Source: a virus (lineage: Duplodnaviria > Caudoviricetes). From it: a stretch of DNA of 53,700 nucleotides. Below the pieces are notes generated by a model that searched no databases, was not told where the DNA came from, and saw only the letters and a list, made by a program, of their open reading frames with translations. Position numbers and translations under genes: made by a program. The stretch lies in IMG/VR virus record IMGVR_UViG_3300023178_000062, positions 1-53,700 of that record; one strand, given 5' to 3'. Below are positions 1 to 9,800 of this stretch, piece by piece. How positions within the stretch are numbered: position 1 is the first letter of the stretch; each line of letters opens with the position of its first letter.

Positions 1-837
1 GACTTCAAACCAATTATTAGTAAAATTTATCCTAATGTATCTGATATCATTTCATATGGTGGGGAGGATGAAGTTCCCCCTGAATATGGAGTTGTTAAAC
101 TTGTTATCAAACCAAAAGTAGGTGCAATTATTGGAAATTCAGTTAAGCAAGAACTGGAGAGACAATTAAAGGAATATATGGTTGGATCTGTTAGACCTGT
201 AATATTAGACCCATCAATTTTATATGTTGAGTTAAAATCTAACATTTATTATTCTTCTGTGTTAACAACACTAGCATCTCAAGACATTGCAACTGCTGTT
301 ATTGAATCTATAGTTGAATATGTAAAACTATCAGACACAGAAAAGTTTGGTGGTAAGTTTAGATACAGCAAAATTAATGGTGTTATTGATGGAACTGATG
401 AAGCAATCCAATCTAATGAGACTGAGATTATCCTAAGAAAAGATTTTGTTCCATTGCTAAACACAACTTCATATTATGAAATTTGTTATCAAAATGAATT
501 TGATAAAAATTGTGATGGTGCCACAGTTCAATCTACTGGATTTGTGGTTTCTGAATATCCAAACTTTACAGTCTATGTCAAGGATATCGATGGAAGAATG
601 GTACTATATAGAATAGGCGTTGATGGTACTGAAATTATATTGGATAATAATGCAGGAGAGGTAAATTACCTTGAAGGCGAAATTAAATTATATAATTTGA
701 CAATCATTAAAGGTTCTTTTATTGATAACAAAATTGAAATTAGAACTGTACCATACAAAAAAGATATTTTTGCATTTCGTGAGCAATACCTAGAATTAGA
801 TATTGCAAAAAGTAATTTTGTTGCAATAGCAGAGTAA
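1..837 (+). CDS. gp6: Baseplate wedge subunit gp6, 3' part (truncated by window start)
   Basis: Frame 1 is open from base 1 (DFKPIISKIYPNVSDIISYGGEDEVPPEYGVVKLVIKPK...) into the 178..837 ORF. GGE-x-x-x-PPEYG-x-V and FGGKFRYSK are typical of cyanophage gp6; lies directly upstream of gp7 and gp8. Confidence 0.92.
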   Translation, partial: DFKPIISKIYPNVSDIISYGGEDEVPPEYGVVKLVIKPKVGAIIGNSVKQELERQLKEYMVGSVRPVILDPSILYVELKSNIYYSSVLTTLASQDIATAVIESIVEYVKLSDTEKFGGKFRYSKINGVIDGTDEAIQSNETEIILRKDFVPLLNTTSYYEICYQNEFDKNCDGATVQSTGFVVSEYPNFTVYVKDIDGRMVLYRIGVDGTEIILDNNAGEVNYLEGEIKLYNLTIIKGSFIDNKIEIRTVPYKKDIFAFREQYLELDIAKSNFVAIAE

Positions 838-843
838 GAATAA

Positions 844-3800
844 ATGGCGATAAGGTTATCCAATCTAGTAAAAAGACAGTTACCAGAGTTCATTTCTACT
901 CAGTATAGTACTTTTGCGTCTTTTTTAGAAAAGTACTACGAGGGACTTGAGGTACATGGACAACCGTTAGATATATTATCAAACATAACTTCTTATTATG
1001 ATATTAACTACTATCAGAAAAATTTACTTGAGCGTGGGTCAAAATTAACCCAATCAGTAAATTTAACAGATACGGAATTTGAATTAGAAGATGCGACGGG
1101 ATTTCCTGATGAATATGGATATTTTAAAGTTGGATCCGAAATTTGTTTTTATACTAAGAAAGAAGGAAACACACTAACCGGAGTTTATAGAGGAGTTAGT
1201 GGCACCACAAAACTTGGTGACTTATATAAAAAGTCAAAATACGAAGCATCAAATCCAGAAAATCATTCTGCTGGTGATACTGTACAAAACATCAGTAATC
1301 TTTTTCTATTTGCTATTGTAAAAAGTTTTGAATCTCAGTATCTAGGAAGCATCCCCAAAAATTTACTTTCTGACGATGTTGATAAGAGAACTTTAATTAA
1401 AAACATAACAAGTTTTTACAAAGCAAAAGGTTCTGAAAAATCTATTAAGTTTATCTTCAATTCTCTTGTAGACTCTAATCCAGCAAACACTGCTGAGATT
1501 AAGAAACCATCAGAACAGACAATGAAGTTGTCTACGTCTGATTGGACAAATAACTATGAAATTTATGTAAAAATTATTTCAGGAAATCCAGATAATTTAA
1601 TTTCACAGCAGTTAGTTCAAACAGAACCATCTTATGCATCAGCATTTATTGATGTTGTTGAAATTGTAGATTCTTCTAAGTCTCTCTACAAATTAACTGT
1701 AGACAAACAATTATTAAATTCAGAGTTTGATATATTTTCTTATACAGAATTAGTAAATCCTATTACTACAAATGATACTACTAATTTTGTGGTAGAAGTT
1801 GTTAGTACTAAAGGATGGAAAACTACTGATAAGTATTTTTATATTAACAATGAAGAATTTTTAATTATTAACAGAAATATTAATCAGTTTACTGTTGCCA
1901 GAAGAAGTGGTACTGGTTCATATCCTGCAGGAACAAAATTATACATTTCTAAACCATTAGAGATTAATGGTGTTAAGTTACAAGTAACTGGTTCAGTATA
2001 TAACATTTCACCAAAATCAAAAGTTCCATATTCTTCTGTTGGCGATCCTATTTTAGAATTTAACTCTTCAATTTCTAGTAGAGAAACTACAGTATTTGAT
2101 GTATCGAATGGTGAATACAGATGGATACCGAATGTTAATAGACAGAAACCTTCAGCCGTAACAGCATCTGCAGCTGTGCAGGCAAATTTAGCAAACATTA
2201 ATACTAATGTTTCTGCAATATTTGAAGATGAAACATACTTCTATGTTTGCTCTTCTGGATATCCATCTTTTGATATTCTTGGTCCTACAGATCCTTCTGG
2301 ATTAGAAGACAACAAATATTTAAAATTAATTAGAAAAAATCCAGTTTCAAATACAGATGTATATGAAATTGGAAGAAATGATATTGCCATATTCTTAGAT
2401 GGTACAATTGCATACAGCAAGATAAGTGAGAATTTTGTAAATTATGGACAAGTTGAAAAAGTAAATATTTTATCAAAAGGTAGTGGATATAAAGTACCGC
2501 CAGTTGTACTAGTAAATAATTCTCCAACTAAAGCAAAAGCTATTTTATCGGGAGATGTAGTTTCTGATGTTGAAGTAATTACTGAGCAAATTTATAGAAA
2601 AACACCACATGTTGAGATTATCTCAGGTAGAAAGGGTGAGTTGCAAGCACTAGTTACAGCAGGAAGAATTACAGATATTATTGTTACCAATCCTGGTGAA
2701 TATTACACATCACCACCAAGAATTTTAATTACGGATAAAGAAGGAAGGGGCAGATTTGCTGAGTATAGAGCAAGAATATCTTCTACTGGAAAAATTATTG
2801 GTGTTGATAAAATAAATGAAGGTAGAAATTATACTGCAGCAAATGTAGTTGTTGATGTTATTCCTGCCGGTGCTGGAGCTTCAGTAACTTTTGAAATAAA
2901 AAAATGGTACAAAAATAGATATACTGAGTCAACAAACCTCGATGATAATCATGGAACTGTAATAAACAAAAAATTCTTTGTTGATAAGACTCTAGGAAAG
3001 ACTTATGCAATTTTAGCAAATCCTAAAAAGTTACGTTTTGCATTAGGCGATAACATCAATTCTTTATACCAAGAAACTGTTACAGGTCACTCAAAAATTA
3101 TTGGATATGCATATGATGGCAATCCAATTTACGGTCCATATGGATATACCGACCCACTAGATGCAACTTCTGCAATTACTAGACTTAGAAGTGGATATAC
3201 AGAAAATACTTCTAGACCAGATGGTCCACCAGTATCAGTTTACCCATTGGGTACATTTGATGAAGATTTTACATGGTCTCCAAATATTAACACAGGAAAA
3301 ACATATTTGGATATCAATAATGGTAGATATTGCGTAACTCCTGAATATCCTCAAGGTGTGTATGCATATTTCTTGAGCATCGATGCTTCAGGTAATCCAG
3401 TTTATCCTTACATTCTTGGTAAGAATTATTATTCTATCCCTGTAGATTCAAACTATAATAGTCCTATTACACAAGATCAAGTTCCTAGAACAGCAAAGAT
3501 ACTAGATTTTACGGACGTAATTAAAAACGGTCAAAATTTCTCCGCTGTAGTTTCTTCTGTAAATTCAGGTTTTGTTAATGGATTCTTTGTAGATTCTACT
3601 GTAAGGGAACACAATCCAGGAAATAAAGTATTCATAGAAAATCCCAAGTCTGGTGGTTCTGGATTGCTTGCTTCAGTTGGTACTGTGTCCAACTCTAATG
3701 TAGATTACCTTAGAGCAAAAGAAAGTGTATGTAAATTACGTTCATTAACTGAATGTTACCTTTTTAAAGATTATATTTTTAGACAGCAAAATACCGGATT

Positions 3801-6800
3801 TGAAGGTAATATTGTAGGGGATGTATTATTTGACTCTACAATTATTTTAGAGGATATTACTGGAAACTTTACTAATGATAAATTTGACCTTATAGATCCA
3901 AATACCAATACCCCAGTAAAAATTATATCTTTATTACTTAATGATTCTGCTACATTTACCGCCAATTCAACTATAGAATTAACTGATGGTGAGTTGAATC
4001 CGGATTCAGTTAAAGCATCCGGTGTAATTTTAGAAAGCACATCTCGTCAAAATACATTAAGAGTATTAGTACAGTTTGGAGATTTTGATTTAGGTATTGA
4101 CAATAACGATTTATCTTTACAAAGTAGTACTCTTGCTGATGATGTTGGTGTTGGTATATTTTCAACACGTTCATTGAGTGAAAATATTACTATTAGTATT
4201 TTTGATTACAATTTTGCTATTCTAAAAACATCTGAAAATCACAATCTGTCTATTGGAGATATTATTGACGTTAGTATCAATCCAGAAGATTCTGTTACCG
4301 AAAAAACATATTATGTACGCAAAAAATTATTTCAAGAGGTACAACTTAGAGATAGAAGATTAGTAGCAAGTCTTGAAGATACTGGTATTGGTAGACTATC
4401 AATTCTAGCTGGAGGACTTTATAGTGCCCCAGGAACATATTCAGCAAATTTAGGAAATGCATCCGTAAACGTTGTAATTACAAATTATGGTACATATAAT
4501 TCAGTTTCGGAAATAATTGTTACAGATAAAGGTTCCAATTTTAAAGAAGACGAAGTTTTAACTCTAGACAATTTAGTTGGTGTTACACAAAACAGACCTG
4601 CAATCTTTAGAGTTGATCACGCTGGATTGGGACCAGATGAAGATATTTTTAAATTGACATCAGTAGAATATCTTTCTGTAGATGATTTTCTAACGATTGA
4701 TGATGAAATTGTCAAAGTTGTTTCTATAGATAGCGCAGAACGTCTTGTTGGTATAGAAAGAGGACAACAGGGAACTGTAGCGGCAAAACATTTTAACACT
4801 GCTATTGTTAACTTTTCTAATCCAATTTACAGATTTACTCCTGGACAATACCTAGACCAAATTGGAACTAGTTCTACAGACCCCACAGTTTATAGTTATA
4901 ATCCAGAAACAAATTTATTAATTTTACAATATGAATATGGTGTTGATATTACACAAACACCAAATATATCAATATCATCTTTCTTCTCAGATTCTAGTAA
5001 TCCAGAAAAAAATGTTTCTATCCAATCTGTTGGTGAAAAGACATTTAAATTAGAATTTTCTGAAGATGACGAGAACAATTTTGTAATCAATCCAAATATT
5101 AATATTCAGTTATATTACAAGTATATTTTTGATACTTCTCATCCTAGTATGGTGGATACATACTTAGATTTTTCGCCAAGTTTAAATTACAATTTAATTA
5201 CTTTAGAAAAACTTGTTGGTGATGATGAGCCTGGTTCTGAGTTGCCAAATTCTTTCGTATCTTTAAAATTTGGATTTGGATTAAATACGCCAGACAATAC
5301 ATTTACTGATACACAAGCACTAAGATTTACAAATTACTACTATTTTATTGTGGCAAGTGGTGTAGATACAGATAACTCTAGAGTTTCTGTAGAATTAGAT
5401 CCTCTTGTTGGAACAAAGGTAATTGATTTTACTACAGATGATAAATTTACATATTCTATTGCTAATCAACCACAAGAGAATGGTAGTGGAGACATTTCTT
5501 ACATAACAAGTTCTGAAACTTCTATTGGTGAAATTAAATCTATTAAAGTAGAAAATTCTGGTTCTGAATATACAGAAATTCCAACTATCTTAGGTATTCG
5601 TGTTCCTGAATTTCAAGAAGCAAAATTTAATGTGACTTTAGATAAATTTGGTAATGTTACATCTGTGTCTATAACAGATGCGGGGACAAATTACACCAAT
5701 CCTGCCATTATAACTGAGAGTGACGAGGGAACACCAGGCATTTATAGACCTTCCGTGGTAGATGGAAAAATTATATCTTTAAATATATTGGAACCCGGCA
5801 CTGGATATTCAAAAGTCCCAACTCTAAGAGCGATTGAAACTGCACACAAAATTTATGCAACTTCAGAAAATATTGGATTACCAAAATCAGTTATAATTAA
5901 TAATCCTGGATCAAATTATAGTAAAGATACAACAACATTACCAAAATTTACTTCAACTTTGGTAGTCTTGTTATCCAATGTCTCTGAAGGTAGATTCCCC
6001 GCAGGGAAGAAAGTGAGGCAGTTTGGTCCTGGAGGAATTCCATTCTTTGAGGGCACTGTTGTAACTACGGTGAAGAAAAATTCAAATATTGTCAAATTCA
6101 AAAATATTGTTGGGGAATTAGACAAAACTATTGAATTAGAAGGTGCTTCTATTATAGCAATTTTATCAACAGACTATGAAACTGAATTTAAGTCTTTCTT
6201 TGACAAGAAAGGATTCTTTAATTCAGAAAAAGGTATTATTAGTGCTACTGATAGTAAAATTACTGATTCGTATTATTATCAAGATTATTCTTATGTAATC
6301 AGATCATATACTCCTATTGATATTTGGAGAGACCTAATTAAAGATGTTGTACACCCAGCAGGTTTTCAACTCTTTGGTGAAGTTGTAGTTGAAAATGAAG
6401 TTAAGGCAGTTGCTCCACCAGCAGAGCAACCTATTATCCCATTCTTAGCACAAATTAACGTTACTGTAGAAGATGGATTTAGTGAATCTAGAGTAATTCA
6501 ACTTACTGAAGTTGTATCTAGTTTTGGTGACATTAATATTACTAAAGGTGTAGGTAGATTAGCTTTAGATGAGGAAAATTTATCTTCTACCAATATTTAC
6601 GATATTTCACTGTCACCAGAGTTTGATGGATATATTGACGGTGATACCGGACTAACTTTCGGTACTAGAACATTTACTATGCGTGATGCAGAAACCAATG
6701 CACTAATTGAACCGTATAATGAAAATGCATTAATTATTTCTATTAATGGTATAGTACAAGAACCAAAAGTTGCATTTACTGTTGATGGAAGTGAAATTAC

Positions 6801-9800
6801 ATTTGCAACTGCTCCATTAGGTCCTAGAGTATCAGAAGGTCAATCTTTAGAACCAGCAAACTTTATTGGTAGATTGTTTGAATTTGTCGATACTGATATC
6901 TCAGAATCTTCATTTAAGAAGGCAAAAAATATTTTCCAAAGAAGTGGAATATGGTTAGATTCAGCAAATCAAATTAGATTCAATAGAAACTTTATTGTTG
7001 AGGAAACTTTTGGTTATATTACGGCAAAGTATCCAGCAACTGAGTTTGATACTGGTAAATGCAAGAGAGATATAGGTCTTATTATTGATGCATTTGAGCA
7101 TGACTTAAGATTTGGTGGTAACCTCAGTACAGTAACTGCAGGAAACTCTTATTATAATGCAGCTCAAGAATTAGACTTTATTAATAATGAATTAGAAGAA
7201 ACTAGAGATGCATACCTTTATGCTGCAAAATTATGTGCTGCGGCAATTAGAAATTGGGATGTAGTATTCATTGATGACCCAGCAACTGCAGATCCAATTT
7301 TTGAAGTTATTGTAACTGCAAATAGTGACCTCATCACAGTTCCTTCGACATTTGGTATTGTTGAGGGTATGTACCTAAGTTCTGGTAGTCAGTTCCCACT
7401 GGACACTAGAGTTATCGAAATTATTGATGAAACTAATATTAGAGTGAGTAATAACGCATTTGCTGACATTAGTGATACATCATCATTTATCTTTGAGATT
7501 CCTTCAAGTACAATAGAAGAATTACCAGGAACTAGTGGGGAAATTGAATTTGAATACAATGGAATACAAATTAATACTGATGCTGAATTAATTATTGATG
7601 ATGGAACTACTGTTTCTATTACCGCTGCTATTGCTAGATTACGTCAAGTAAGATTCTCATTAAGTAAAATCAACACAGGAACTTTTGTTGATGCTGCTAA
7701 TCTTATCAAGGTCAATAGAAGTTATATTATTGATGAAACTATTTCGTATGTAAATTCAACATTCCCTGGATTTGTAAATCCAAGTGAAATTAAGTGCCGG
7801 AGAGATACTGGATATTTAATTGATGCTGTTGTTTATCATCTACAGTATGGCGGAAATAACAGAATTATTGATTATGCTGAGAAGTATTATCTAGCAAATA
7901 AATTAAATTATATAAATGACGAATTAACAGAGACGGTTGCTGCATTTACATATGCTGTAGATTTAATGCAGCAGGCTATTTTAGACCCTGGAGCACCTTT
8001 TGAAACAACACCATATGCTGTAGCACCAGATGAATCATTTGGTGTTCAGTGTGCAGAAGTTCAGTCAGCAATAGAATCTTATAAAGATTCTTATATCTTT
8101 ATCTTAGAAAATGGTCCAAATCTTATTCAACGAGATTTTGGTAATCAACAGAGAAGTGGGGAATATACAACATTAAAAACATATTCGAATTATGATTTAA
8201 TCGATGATGTAGAACTACAACTTTCTACAGAAATTGACGGAGTTGTTTTTGGAGCAGAATGTGCAGAGGTCATTTCTGCTGTTTATACATTACATCAATC
8301 ATTGGATACTATATTGACTACTGGCGCAGGAACAGTGGAATCAAGTCGTCCAGATTACATTGACGGCGAGAATACTTTATTTGAACTTTATAAAGATAAT
8401 GGAGATATCTTCAAAACCACCGTAGGTGAAGATTTATTAGTTTTTATTAATGGTATTTTACAAAAACCACCTGCATACAAAATTATAAGATCAGAAAATC
8501 CAAACCTAACTGATTTAATTGAATTTTCAGTCGCGCCAAAATGGGACCAGTCAGATGCACAACTAAGATTGGGTGAAGGACTATCTATAGAAACTTTCCA
8601 CGCCTATTCTATTGGTTCTTATGAGAGAAGAAGAGTAGATTCTAATAAGATACCCATTCGCAAAGATCTAACAATTTTTAATGACTTTGGAGCTGTCACT
8701 GCAGTGACAGACCCAAGATACTATACAGTCTTTGTGGACGGAGTACAGCAAAGACCTAGTGTTGATTATACTATTTCCGGAAATAGATTAGTATTTAAAA
8801 AACGTTTAAACAGTTACACATCACCCGATGGTATTACTACAATACCTAATGTAGACATACTTTCATATCAAGGTGGTTCTGATAATAACACCTTTACTGC
8901 TTTCTATTTTGAGCGTAATGGTGCATATTCTGCTCTTGCTATCTTGGATTTATATTATAGCGCAGATGGAGAAAATTTCTATGAAACTGTAAAAAATTGG
9001 GATGCTCCATCTCGTACACATCCAATTCAAATTTATAATGACGACAATTCAATTGGTTCCGTATATGACTACGAAGAAATTCAAGATCCATATCCAGGAA
9101 TTAGATTAAAACTTGCAATTAACAACAATCCTGAAATTAACTCTGAACAACCAATTATTTTCAGAAAGCGTTTAGAAAACGTACCCGATTTAGATTTTAC
9201 TGTAGCTATTACATTTGATGAAGATATTACTTTCCTAGGACCAGATTTTTATGTCTTTGGAAATATTACAGTTGCTGAAGGAACTGAAATTGTTGTAGAT
9301 GATACCGCTACTGTAGTTTCAGCAGAAATTGTATTTAATTTTGAAGAAGAAGATGGGCAGAGATTACTAAGAAGAACTGTTTCTCCATGGTTATTTGCAA
9401 AAGAATCGGGAAATAAAGCATGGAGAGGAACACATACTTCTACAGCGAAGATACTAGAAGGAGATAAGATTAGAGTAAATGGGGAAAATAATTTCAGAAC
9501 TATAACATCAGTTCCTGATATTGTAAAAACTAATAATTATAATACCTTTACACCAAATACTTTTTATGGTTCTATTATAACATCACCTTCTTTAGAAAGA
9601 CCTAGTGGAAGTGGTCTTTCAATTACAACAGTAATTGATCCAGTGACAGGTTCTATTACAGGTTTGGATTATGGTGAACCCGATTTAATTAGACTACGCC
9701 TTCTTGGTGAATCGATACCTCAAATTGGAACTGGATATCAAGAAGGAGTTTACATAGACTTTATTCCTGTCGATGGAAATGGTGGCGGTGGATTTGCTCG

